Assembly (NCBI GenBank): GCA_964569045.1 | Contig: CAZMSR010000001.1 | Coordinates: 2,593-66,592, forward strand | Origin: an uncultured Gammaproteobacteria bacterium | GTDB lineage: Bacteria; Patescibacteriota; Patescibacteriia; Patescibacteriales; BS150m-G62 | Length of the DNA: 64,000 bases | Reading direction: 5' to 3' | Part shown: positions 27,066 to 36,204 of the stretch, one piece after another | Numbering within the stretch: position 1 is the stretch's first letter | How the letters are laid out: each line of letters begins with the position of its first letter | Translations under genes and position numbers: made by a program | Notes under the pieces: generated by a model | Database searches by the model: none | What the model saw: the letters and a program-made list of their open reading frames with translations, nothing else | What the model was told of the DNA's origin: nothing

Positions 27066-28682
27066 ATGTCAATAGATTGTGTGGCTAAAATTCAAAATTT
27101 ACCAAAATCAAGGATTTTTTTTGTGTGCCTTATTATTTTTATAATCAGTATTGCTATAGCGTCTTATTTGCCATTTAAAATAAAAAGTTATTCTATTCAA
27201 TTATTTTTCATAATCAGTATATTAACATTTTTTTCATTTTTTATAAAAAAGCCAAAAATTTTTCGTATAATATTAATCTGGTTAACATTTTTATCTCTGG
27301 CTTTTTGTCGTTTAGCTCTAAGTGCGCCAAGTCTTAACAATAGTATTCAAAATTATAATAATTCTAAAATTAATTTTGTTGGATTAATTTTACTTTATCC
27401 GGAAAAAAGAATCAATAATCAAAAATTAGTAATCAAAGTAGAAAAAGTTCATAAAGTAAACAAAGCAAAAAATGCTGCTAGCTTAAATAAAGTTACAGGC
27501 AAAGTTCTGATATTAACTAATTTGTATCCTTCATATAAATATGGCGATAAGCTGCAGATTATATGCAATTTAAAAGCTCCAAAGCAGTTTCGTGACTTTG
27601 AGTATGATCGTTTTTTAGCAAAGTCCGGCATATACTCACTTTGTTATTATCCTCAAATTAAACTAATTAGCAAAAACAATGGCAGTTCATTTTATACTTT
27701 TTTATACACTGTAAAATCAAAGTTGCAAAAAACAATAAATTCAAAAATTAATGAGCCTTATGCCGGATTAGCGCGAGCTATAATTCTTGGAGATAAAAGC
27801 GGCATAACCAGCAATATGCGTGATAGTTTTTCAAAATCCGGTATTAGTCATGTTGTAGCTATTTCCGGAATGCATATTAGCATAATTTCTACTTTATTAA
27901 TGAGTATTTTAATATATATCGGGCTAAAGCGAAAGGTAGCTTTTATTTTTGCAAGTATATTTTTAGTATTCTATATATTATTAATCGGAGCTCCACCTTC
28001 TGCGGTAAGAGCGGGGTTTATGGGAATTATTGTTTTAATTGCTCTTTATATTGGTCGTTTAAATAAAATTTCTAATGCATTAGCTTTAGCTGCGGCAATG
28101 TTATTAATAATTAATCCCTTGTTATTAAGAGACGACATTGGCTTTCAATTATCATTCTTGGCTGTTATTGGGATAGTTATATTTTATCCAATTTTTAATA
28201 ATTTATTTTTAGAAAAAATAAAAAAATCGAGTGTTGTAAATAGATTACCTTTTATTTTAAATAGACTAATGATTATTTCTATGCAAATAGTTTTTGTTAC
28301 TCTTGCCGCTCAATCATTAGTACTTCCGATTATTATTAATAATTTTAAAGTTTTTTCTTTAATTTCTCCTTTAACTAATCTATTAGTTCTTTGGCTTTTA
28401 CCATTTTTAATGGTTTTAATAATTTTTGCTTTGATTATTAGTTTTTTTATACCAATAGTTAGCACTCTAATTTTTACTGTTGTAGAGTTAATGCTAAAAT
28501 ATATTGTTTGGGTTTCAAATTCTTTAACAAAATTTTCATTTTCTTTTTTAGAAGTAAATTACTTAAGTAATTTTTGGTACTTAACTTATTACACCATGCT
28601 AGTCGGAGTATGTTATATGTATTGCCTTTATGAGAAAAAAACAAAAAAAACGTGTCATAATAGCATTGATTTTAATAATTAA
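27066..28682 (+). CDS. comEC: ComEC/Rec2 competence channel, membrane (DUF4131 + Competence) part
   Basis: Polytopic protein with the GISHVVAISGMHISII signature. Ends 53 nt inside the next ORF after an A7-C-A8 tract. The ORF-track start 27057 is a TTG; ATG is at 27066. Confidence 0.8.
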   Translation: MSIDCVAKIQNLPKSRIFFVCLIIFIISIAIASYLPFKIKSYSIQLFFIISILTFFSFFIKKPKIFRIILIWLTFLSLAFCRLALSAPSLNNSIQNYNNSKINFVGLILLYPEKRINNQKLVIKVEKVHKVNKAKNAASLNKVTGKVLILTNLYPSYKYGDKLQIICNLKAPKQFRDFEYDRFLAKSGIYSLCYYPQIKLISKNNGSSFYTFLYTVKSKLQKTINSKINEPYAGLARAIILGDKSGITSNMRDSFSKSGISHVVAISGMHISIISTLLMSILIYIGLKRKVAFIFASIFLVFYILLIGAPPSAVRAGFMGIIVLIALYIGRLNKISNALALAAAMLLIINPLLLRDDIGFQLSFLAVIGIVIFYPIFNNLFLEKIKKSSVVNRLPFILNRLMIISMQIVFVTLAAQSLVLPIIINNFKVFSLISPLTNLLVLWLLPFLMVLIIFALIISFFIPIVSTLIFTVVELMLKYIVWVSNSLTKFSFSFLEVNYLSNFWYLTYYTMLVGVCYMYCLYEKKTKKTCHNSIDFNN

Positions 28683-29490
28683 TTTAGTATTAATATGTTT
28701 TTGGCTTTTTATAGATATAAAAAGGCAGTTAGAGGTGATTTTTTTAGATATCGGGCAAGGAGATTCTGTTTTAATTAAAGCACCGCACGGGCAAAATATA
28801 TTAATTGACGGAGGACCTGATAATAGTGTTGTAAAAGCTTTAGGCAAAGAATTAAAGTGGTGGGACAGAACAATAGATTTACTTATAGTATCGCATCCCG
28901 ATAATGATCACATAGGCGGTACAATTCCTGTTTTAGAAAGATATAAAGTTTTAAAAGTCCTTCATACAGGCATTAAACATAGCACTCCGGTGTATGAAGA
29001 ATGGAAAGTAATTGTTCAAGATAAAAAAATTAAAAATTTAATTGCTAAAAATGAGCAAATAATTAATCTAAGCAAAGCTTGTCACCTTAATATAATATAT
29101 CCGGATAAAAGCATTTATGAAAGTGAGTTTAAAGTAGTTAATAATTCTTCAATAGTTACTAAATTAACTTGCAAAAATAAAAAGTTTCTCTTTGCCGGAG
29201 ATATTGAAGAAGAAACAGAGAAATATTTAATTAATAAAAAGATTAATCTTAAGGCTGATGTTTTTAAAGCCTCTCATCATGGGTCTGACACTTCTAATGC
29301 AGAAGATTTTTTAAATTTAGTAAAACCGGAAATTGTAGTTATTCAAGTGGGGCATGAAAACAATTTTGGTCATCCTAGTTTGCGAGTTTTAAAGCGGTTA
29401 GAACGTTTAGGCGCTAAAGTCTATAGGAATGATCAAGATGGAGTAATAAAACTCCAGGTTATTAACGGTAAGGTCTTAAAAGTAAATTAG
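28630..29490 (+). CDS. comEC: ComEC C-terminal metallo-beta-lactamase-fold domain protein (separate or frameshifted)
   Basis: FLDIGQGDSVLI, SHPDNDHIGG and ASHHGS motifs of the ComEC Lactamase_B domain, preceded by one TM helix. Frame is +1 relative to the upstream comEC ORF. Confidence 0.8.
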   Translation: MRKKQKKRVIIALILIINLVLICFWLFIDIKRQLEVIFLDIGQGDSVLIKAPHGQNILIDGGPDNSVVKALGKELKWWDRTIDLLIVSHPDNDHIGGTIPVLERYKVLKVLHTGIKHSTPVYEEWKVIVQDKKIKNLIAKNEQIINLSKACHLNIIYPDKSIYESEFKVVNNSSIVTKLTCKNKKFLFAGDIEEETEKYLINKKINLKADVFKASHHGSDTSNAEDFLNLVKPEIVVIQVGHENNFGHPSLRVLKRLERLGAKVYRNDQDGVIKLQVINGKVLKVN

Positions 29491-29586
29491 TAACGCATTT
29501 GGGGAAAACTATAAGTAAATTATTTTTTGTAATTATGATATACTTATTACAAGGAATTTTTTAAATTTTAAATTTTAGTTTTTATA

Positions 29587-30615
29587 ATGAATATAGCAAT
29601 TAATGGTTTTGGTCGTATTGGCAGAGCCGTTTTAAAAATACTTTTAGAAAAAAAGAATATGAATATTGTTGCTATTAATGATTTAAACCCAATAGCAACA
29701 CTTGTTCATTTATTAAAATTTGATAGCGTTTACGGAGTTTTTCATGAAAATATAAAATTTAACAATTCTAGCTTGATAATAAAAGGGAAAAGAATAAAAG
29801 TAACTGCTAAAAAAAATCCTTTAGAATTACCATGGAAGGAATTAAAAGTAGATTTAGTTATAGAATCAACAGGAGTATTTAGAACACATGCGCAATCAAT
29901 AAAGCATATTGCTGCAGGTGCCAGAAAAGTTATTATTTCAGCGCCACCAAAAGATTGTAACTGTAAAGACAAAAATTGCCAAGTAAAAATAATTGTACCG
30001 GGAGTAAACGAGAAGATTTTAAGAAAAAGCGATAAAGTATTATCAATGGCTTCGTGTACTACTAATTGCCTGGCTCCTGTTACTAATGTAATTAAAAAAG
30101 CTTTTGGTGTTAAAAAAGCAATAATGACAACTGTGCATTCTTATACTGCCGGTCAAAATTTAGTTGACGGGGCAAATAATGACCTTCGTAGGGCTAGAGC
30201 GGCTGCTGTAAATATTGTTCCCACAACCACCGGAGCCGCTAAAGCAACTTGCATTACTTTGCCGGACTTAGTTGGAAAATTTGACGGAATAGCAATAAGA
30301 GTCCCTACCCCCACTGTATCACTTTGCGATATCGTGTATGTGACAAGTAAAAAAACAACAAAAGAAAAGATTAACAAGGCTTTTATTAAAGCTTCAAAAA
30401 GCACAGGCCTAAAGAACATATTAAGTGTATCTAGCTTGCCTTTAGTATCTTCGGACTATATTGGTGACTCTTCAAGCGCTATTGTTGACTTAGCCTTAAC
30501 AAATGTTATTGACGGCGATTTGTTAAAGGTTTTGGCTTGGTATGATAATGAATGGGGATATTCAGCTAGGCTAGCAGATACTTGCGAATATATAAAAATA
30601 AAAAAATTAATTTAA
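29587..30615 (+). CDS. gap: glyceraldehyde-3-phosphate dehydrogenase, type I
   Basis: INGFGRIGR, active-site ASCTTNCLAP and WYDNEWGYS. Confidence 0.92.
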   Translation: MNIAINGFGRIGRAVLKILLEKKNMNIVAINDLNPIATLVHLLKFDSVYGVFHENIKFNNSSLIIKGKRIKVTAKKNPLELPWKELKVDLVIESTGVFRTHAQSIKHIAAGARKVIISAPPKDCNCKDKNCQVKIIVPGVNEKILRKSDKVLSMASCTTNCLAPVTNVIKKAFGVKKAIMTTVHSYTAGQNLVDGANNDLRRARAAAVNIVPTTTGAAKATCITLPDLVGKFDGIAIRVPTPTVSLCDIVYVTSKKTTKEKINKAFIKASKSTGLKNILSVSSLPLVSSDYIGDSSSAIVDLALTNVIDGDLLKVLAWYDNEWGYSARLADTCEYIKIKKLI

Positions 30616-30629
30616 TAAAATAATAGTTT

Positions 30630-31145
30630 ATGTCAAAGATAAATAAAACAGAAATAAAACCAACAAAAAATACAGAAAAAAGTGAAGAAAATTGTGATGT
30701 TTTGCTTGATGATTGTTCGTTTGGAAATAGCACTGTTACTATTATTGCTGCAATAATACTAACAATGGCAACAATTGGCGGTGTTGGTTATTGGTTTCAT
30801 ATAAAAGCAATAGATGAGCATAGCCAATTCTTCGAAGAAAAAATAAATGGTCTTGAATCTAGAGTGCTAGCCGAAATTAGAATAGAAAATACCGGTGCAA
30901 GAGAAATTAGTATTTTGCAAGATAAGCTAAAAGAATCAGAAAAGTATACTAAAGAGCTTGAGAGTCAAAAAGAAGAGTTAGTTAAAAAATTAGACCAAAA
31001 ATCTCAAGAGCTTAAATTAAAAAAGAGCGACGAGTCTGAAAAAGTAACAGAGTTAAATACTCAAATTGTTGGTTATGAAGAGCAAATTTCAACTTTAAAT
31101 AAGCAAATTTCTGAATTGCAAAAGAAAACAAAAGGTATTTATTAA
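30630..31145 (+). CDS. bitopic membrane protein with C-terminal coiled coil
   Basis: 171 aa. One TM helix (VTIIAAIILTMATIGGVGYWF), then K/E/Q-rich heptad sequence. No recognisable family. Confidence 0.5.
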   Translation: MSKINKTEIKPTKNTEKSEENCDVLLDDCSFGNSTVTIIAAIILTMATIGGVGYWFHIKAIDEHSQFFEEKINGLESRVLAEIRIENTGAREISILQDKLKESEKYTKELESQKEELVKKLDQKSQELKLKKSDESEKVTELNTQIVGYEEQISTLNKQISELQKKTKGIY

Positions 31146-31152
31146 AAAAGTA

Positions 31153-32310
31153 ATGAAAATTAACTCTAGGCCAATTAATATAAATATTTCTACTTTCACA
31201 ATATTAAAGATTTTAATTGTGGCTGTAATTATTTATTTTCTTTTTTTAATTAAAGATATTCTAGCTGTGCTTTTTGTTTCATTAATTATAGCAAGCGCGG
31301 TTGATCCTTTAGTTGATTATTTTCAAAAAAAGCAAATTAGCAGAGGGGTAAGTATTATTTTAATTTATTTTATTGCTATTTTTACAATTTTTGTGGTTGT
31401 AACCTCTATTGTGCCACCAATTGTTAAGGAGTTTGACGATTTGCTTAATAAATCTCCGGACTATATAAGCAGAATGGCTGATGAGTACCAGGTAGTAAAG
31501 GATTATGTAGTAAAGCACGGAGTGTTAGATAAATTTAAAGAAAATTTAGGTTCATTTAGTAATGGTATTCAGGGAGCAGCAAGTGGGTTGTTTTCTACTG
31601 TTGGTAGTATTTTTGGTGGTATATTTTCGTTTATTTTGATTTTAGTAATAACTTTTTACATGGTTGTAGAGGAAAATGCGATTAAGAAGTTGATTTGGCA
31701 AGTAACACCAAGGCAGTATCAAACCTACATTATGGGCTTGATCCATCGCATGCAGCGAAAAATCGGCTTATGGTTGCGCGGTCAATTCATTTTGAGTTTA
31801 ACAATTTTTCTTTTAACCTATATAGGATTATCAGCTCCGTCATTTTTAGAATATGTGTTGCCGGGGTATTTTGCAGCATTTAATATGGAATACGCTTTAG
31901 TACTTTCTATTATTGCCGGTTTAGCTGAATTTGTACCATACATGGGGCCAATGCTTGCTGCTATACCGGCTGTGTTTTTAGCTTTTTCTCAATCTCCAAC
32001 TCTTGCAATAATGGTTATAATTCTTTATTCTGTTATTCAATGGGTAGAAAACAATATCTTGGTTCCTAAAATTATGCAAAAGACGGTAGGTTTAAACCCC
32101 ATAGTAAGTATATCTGTTTTAATGATAGGATTTCAACTGGGTGGTGTAATGGGCGCAGTACTTGCAATCCCGGTAGCTACAGCAGTTCAGGAAATTATTT
32201 TAGATGTATTTGAATACAAAGAAAAAGGCTTTGTTGGTGAAGACAAGCCAAAAATAAAAATTAAAAAATTAAAATTATTAAAAAAAAGAAAAGCTGGTAA
32301 TATAATCTAA
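31153..32310 (+). CDS. AI-2E family transporter (PerM/YhhT, UPF0118)
   Basis: 8 predicted TM helices. EFVPYMGPMLAAIPA and ENNILVPKIM motifs typical of the family. Confidence 0.8.
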   Translation: MKINSRPININISTFTILKILIVAVIIYFLFLIKDILAVLFVSLIIASAVDPLVDYFQKKQISRGVSIILIYFIAIFTIFVVVTSIVPPIVKEFDDLLNKSPDYISRMADEYQVVKDYVVKHGVLDKFKENLGSFSNGIQGAASGLFSTVGSIFGGIFSFILILVITFYMVVEENAIKKLIWQVTPRQYQTYIMGLIHRMQRKIGLWLRGQFILSLTIFLLTYIGLSAPSFLEYVLPGYFAAFNMEYALVLSIIAGLAEFVPYMGPMLAAIPAVFLAFSQSPTLAIMVIILYSVIQWVENNILVPKIMQKTVGLNPIVSISVLMIGFQLGGVMGAVLAIPVATAVQEIILDVFEYKEKGFVGEDKPKIKIKKLKLLKKRKAGNII

Positions 32311-32350
32311 GTAAAATTTTATTTTATTTATTAGCTTTAAGCTAAAAGAT

Positions 32351-32965
32351 ATGGAAAATTGTTGTGACCCAATGGAATATGAGTCATGTTGCAGTTCCGG
32401 CGAGGTAAAAATAGGAGCAAATGTGCCTAATTATGAAATCGAGGCATTAGTTAATGGTGAATCTAAGCGAATAAAATTAAGTGATTATAAAGGTAAATGG
32501 CTAATTTTGTTTTTTTATCCGGCTGATTTTACTTTTATATGCCCAACCGAGCTAGTAGAAATGGCTAATACTTATGAATCTTTTAAAAATGAAAATGCCG
32601 AAGTAATAAGTATAAGTACAGACACTGTATTTGCACATAAAGCTTGGCAAGATACTTCAGAAAGTATTAAAAAAGTTAAGTTCCCAATGGGAGCAGATAC
32701 TACTAATAAAATTTGCAGAGCTTTTGGCACCTTAATAGAAGACCAAGGTTTAAGCCTTCGCGGTACATTTATAATTGACCCTGATGGAGTTCTAAGAGCA
32801 CAAGAAATTCACGACAATAGTATTGGTAGAAGTGCCGGTGAGTTACTTAGAAAATTAAAAGCTGCTATATTTGTCCGTGCTCACGGCGACGAAGTATGCC
32901 CGGCTAGCTGGCAACCCGGAAGTGATACTCTAAGGCCCGGCATGGATTTAGTGGGGAAGATTTAG
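32351..32965 (+). CDS. 2-Cys peroxiredoxin (AhpC/Prx1 family)
   Basis: Peroxidatic Cys motif FFYPADFTFICPTE and resolving Cys EVCPASW. Confidence 0.9.
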   Translation: MENCCDPMEYESCCSSGEVKIGANVPNYEIEALVNGESKRIKLSDYKGKWLILFFYPADFTFICPTELVEMANTYESFKNENAEVISISTDTVFAHKAWQDTSESIKKVKFPMGADTTNKICRAFGTLIEDQGLSLRGTFIIDPDGVLRAQEIHDNSIGRSAGELLRKLKAAIFVRAHGDEVCPASWQPGSDTLRPGMDLVGKI

Positions 32966-32977
32966 TGAGTGGGTACA

Positions 32978-33004
32978 AAATCACTCTATAATAGTGATTT
33001 TTTT
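32978..33004. terminator. bidirectional hairpin terminator between convergent genes
   Basis: AAATCACT - 7-nt loop - AGTGATTT followed by a T-run on the plus strand. A-run/T-run symmetry allows function on both strands. Confidence 0.5.
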
Positions 33005-33009
33005 AATAT

Positions 33010-34056
33010 CTACAAGCTTACTATTAGCCATTCTTCGTTTTCTTGTTTTTCTAAAGTAACTTTGTACTTTACATTTTTGCCTCCTAGGCTAAAATACACA
33101 TCAGTTTCGTATATTTTTTTGTTTCCTATTTGTTTTTTAAATTTTAAATCACTTAGTAAATTAGAAAAAAGTAAAATTCCGTCTTTATTAAGAAAATCAA
33201 TGGTATGGTCTATTGCTCTTTTTAAACCCGGTGAAAAGTAAGCGCTAGCACTTTGTTTGTTTTTAGCACGAATAGCAGTTGCAGCACCGGTGAGCGTACT
33301 ATCTGCTGAGCGGGATTGATTATTCTTAGGAGAGTTGTAATAGGCTGGCTTTGTTGGAGTAGTATAGCTTATAGGCCTTTGGTGTCTTTCTTTTTTTAAT
33401 AAATTGTCTTGTGGTTTGTTGATTTGTTTATTAGGTGATTTTTGCAAAACAATTGAGTTGCTTACAATTTTATTTATATTTTTATTACTAATTCCTAGCC
33501 CTAAATTACGCATTAAGTTAAAGGCATCACTTGGTTTTCCTAAATAATAGCGTTTATAATTACTTGGATTAACATACCAAGCTTCGCCGCGTGACTCGGT
33601 TTGGATAAATATTTTACCTGCATTAATCCGGCTAAAATTATAATCCGGATTTAATTTTTTTTTGCTAAGCGGATCATAGTTATTAGCTAGCTCATTAGCA
33701 TCACTGTATCCGTCATTGTCACTGTCAATCTCTAATGGATTTGTGCCAATTGCTATTTCAAGATTATCACTAAGTCCGTCTTTGTCTTTGTCCGGCCCTT
33801 TGGTTATTGCAATAGGAATTTTTGCTAAATCAATGTTTGTTATTCCAATACCCAAATGTTTCATTATTTCAAAAGCGTCTTTTGGTTTTCCTAAATAATA
33901 TTTTTTTAGATCAGTTGGGTTTACATACCAAGCTTCGCCATTGCTTTCTATTTGTAAGAGAATTCTGCCATTTAGTCGCTCTATTAAGGATTCTCCGGCA
34001 AGGCTTTTAAGTGGTAATAAAAATAAACTTAAAATAATAAAAATGCATTTTTTCAT
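33010..34056 (-). CDS. secreted protein with two GEAWYVNP modules and thrombospondin-type-3-like Ca-binding repeats
   Basis: Likely start M11 (MKKCIFIILSLFLLPLKSLA signal peptide). LNGRILLQIESNGEAWYVNP.. and AGKIFIQTESRGEAWYVNP.. modules. DKDKDGLSDNLE..DSDNDGYSDANE repeats. Confidence 0.6.
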   Translation of the reverse strand: MKKCIFIILSLFLLPLKSLAGESLIERLNGRILLQIESNGEAWYVNPTDLKKYYLGKPKDAFEIMKHLGIGITNIDLAKIPIAITKGPDKDKDGLSDNLEIAIGTNPLEIDSDNDGYSDANELANNYDPLSKKKLNPDYNFSRINAGKIFIQTESRGEAWYVNPSNYKRYYLGKPSDAFNLMRNLGLGISNKNINKIVSNSIVLQKSPNKQINKPQDNLLKKERHQRPISYTTPTKPAYYNSPKNNQSRSADSTLTGAATAIRAKNKQSASAYFSPGLKRAIDHTIDFLNKDGILLFSNLLSDLKFKKQIGNKKIYETDVYFSLGGKNVKYKVTLEKQENEEWLIVSL

Positions 34057-34077
34057 TAGTTTTGCTATATTAAAAGT

Positions 34078-34587
34078 ATGAGTCAAAAAAATAAAATAAC
34101 TCTATTTATTATAGCACTATTTTTTATAGTCGGGTATTTTAGCACGCCTGCTATAAAGCAAAAGTACGCCATTATAAAAGCCACAAACGCTGCCGGCGGG
34201 TTTCCATATCAAATTGGATTAACTAATGTAATTGTTGCTCCTTGTGTATTTATACCAGAGCCACCAAAATGCGTAGTTGGTCCACTGTGTATGACGTTAT
34301 CAGATCCTGCAATTTGTAATATGCATGCTGAGGTGTTTGGCACTCCGGCCGGTGGGATGGGTAATAACGCACTTTTTTTAAAAACTTCGCTTGCAACTGC
34401 CGGTGTAACTTCCGGTGGTCAGTTAATTGCCGGTGGTATCTCTAACGTATTAATGAGTAGTGGAGTGCTAGGTGGCCCTACCGGGTGTGTTGGGTGTGTA
34501 GCTACTAAAGAAAGTGAGCGTAATTTTGTATTACTCGAAATATTTAATAATTTAAAAACATATTTTATTGCTAGTTACTTAAAATAA
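34078..34587 (+). CDS. hypothetical N-terminally anchored Gly/Cys-rich protein
   Basis: 169-aa ORF with one TM helix and 5-bp spacing to rsmA. No recognisable motif. Confidence 0.4.
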   Translation: MSQKNKITLFIIALFFIVGYFSTPAIKQKYAIIKATNAAGGFPYQIGLTNVIVAPCVFIPEPPKCVVGPLCMTLSDPAICNMHAEVFGTPAGGMGNNALFLKTSLATAGVTSGGQLIAGGISNVLMSSGVLGGPTGCVGCVATKESERNFVLLEIFNNLKTYFIASYLK

Positions 34588-34592
34588 CATAA

Positions 34593-35501
34593 ATGCCGGA
34601 TACTGATTGTTCACATTTTGATTTATTAAGCCAAACAAAACAAATTTGTGCTAATAATAATATTAAACCAACTCGTTCACGTGGGCAGAATTTTTTAATT
34701 AACAAAGAAATATACAGTGATATTCTAGAAGCGGCAAGCTTAGAAAAAACCGACATAGTTCTTGAAATTGGTCCGGGGCTTGGTTTTTTAACAGAAAAGT
34801 TGGCTAGTAAAGTAAAAAAAGTTATTGCAATTGAATTAGATGATAAATTAGCCAAAGTTTTAACTCAAAGATTAAAAGATCTTTCTATTAAAAATGTAAC
34901 AATAATTAATAAAAATGTTTTAGATATTAGCGCGCGTGATCTAAAAGAAGATTTAGGCTTAGTTAATTATAAAATAGTGGCTAATTTGCCATATAATATT
35001 ACTTCTATTTTTTTACGCAAATTTTTAAGTGAAGTAACTTTAAAACCCTCTTCTTTAACACTTATGCTTCAAAAAGAAGTAGTTGAGCGAATATGCGCTA
35101 AGCCATCTAACATGAGCATTTTAGCAATTTCCGTACAGTATTATGCAAAAGTTCAAATTATTAAAAACGTGCCAAAAGAATACTTTTGGCCATTACCGGA
35201 AGTTGATTCAGCAATTATAAGGTTAGATTTAAAAAAGCAATTCACTTGCCATCTTAAAAGTAAAACTTGTACAAAGCTTGCACTATGCAGTCATCAAAAA
35301 GAATTTTTTAGATTAATAAAAATCGGCTTTGCCGCCAAACGTAAAATGCTTAAGAATAATTTAGCTAACGGATTTCATATTAACACCTCCAAAGCAGAAG
35401 ATTGTTTGATAAAAGCGGGGTTAAGTAATAAAGCACGAGCTCAAGATCTTAGTCTTAAAGATTGGGAAAAGCTATCTATTTATACACAATTATTCCACTA
35501 G
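34593..35501 (+). CDS. rsmA: 16S rRNA (adenine1518/1519-N6)-dimethyltransferase
   Basis: RGQNFLI, SAM-binding EIGPGLGFLT and NLPYNITS motifs. Confidence 0.88.
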   Translation: MPDTDCSHFDLLSQTKQICANNNIKPTRSRGQNFLINKEIYSDILEAASLEKTDIVLEIGPGLGFLTEKLASKVKKVIAIELDDKLAKVLTQRLKDLSIKNVTIINKNVLDISARDLKEDLGLVNYKIVANLPYNITSIFLRKFLSEVTLKPSSLTLMLQKEVVERICAKPSNMSILAISVQYYAKVQIIKNVPKEYFWPLPEVDSAIIRLDLKKQFTCHLKSKTCTKLALCSHQKEFFRLIKIGFAAKRKMLKNNLANGFHINTSKAEDCLIKAGLSNKARAQDLSLKDWEKLSIYTQLFH

Positions 35502-35550
35502 AGTATGTGCTAAAATAATAATAAATATATTGGTTTTTTATTTTTTTTAA

Positions 35551-36198
35551 ATGAACCTAGATATTAAGCAAAAGATTGCACTCGCAGGGCTGTTTGTAGT
35601 AGCTATGTTTGTTGTAATTATAGGAATAAGAGGCATAAGAAGCACTATTTATGGCGCAGACTATAAGGAAAAAAAGGCCGGAAAAAGTATTGATTACTCA
35701 AATTTAGAGCAAGACTATAAGGCTAATGCAAACATAGAAATTAAATTAACCGATACTGACGGCGACGAATTAACTGATTGGGACGAGCTTAATGTTTATA
35801 ATACTTCGCCATATATTCCGGATTCAGACTCAGACGGGATTCTTGATGGTGTTGAAGTTCAAAATAACTTAGACCCAACTTGTCACAATCAAAAAGTCTG
35901 CGATGGATTAGATCAAGTTCAAGAAAGCACTGTAACTTCTGAAGATGCTTTAAGTAATGAAGTAGACGCTGCAACTCAAGCTAAAATTCAGGCAGTAGTT
36001 AAACAGTTTGATAAAGGTTTTGGTAGTGCAAACAATATAAAAATAGATGTTAATAATCTACCAAGCGAAGTTAAGAATATAACAAACCCGGATGATTTGC
36101 GCAGAATTTTAGAAAAACAAGGCATGAGCAAAGCTATACTAGAAATGCTAAGCAACGAAGACTTAATGAAAACATATAATTCTTTGATTAATAAATAA
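35551..36198 (+). CDS. N-terminally anchored protein with thrombospondin-type-3-like repeats (anchor 1)
   Basis: One TM helix. DTDGDELTDWDELNVYNTSPYIPDSDSDGILDGVEV. Ends 6 nt before the giant gene. Confidence 0.6.
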   Translation: MNLDIKQKIALAGLFVVAMFVVIIGIRGIRSTIYGADYKEKKAGKSIDYSNLEQDYKANANIEIKLTDTDGDELTDWDELNVYNTSPYIPDSDSDGILDGVEVQNNLDPTCHNQKVCDGLDQVQESTVTSEDALSNEVDAATQAKIQAVVKQFDKGFGSANNIKIDVNNLPSEVKNITNPDDLRRILEKQGMSKAILEMLSNEDLMKTYNSLINK

Positions 36199-36204
36199 AG
36201 GGTT

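Noticed and set aside
32969-33241. 90-aa plus-strand ORF
   Set aside because: It is antisense to the 3' end of the 33010..34056 gene and begins inside the terminator hairpin. Its sequence is low complexity with no motif.
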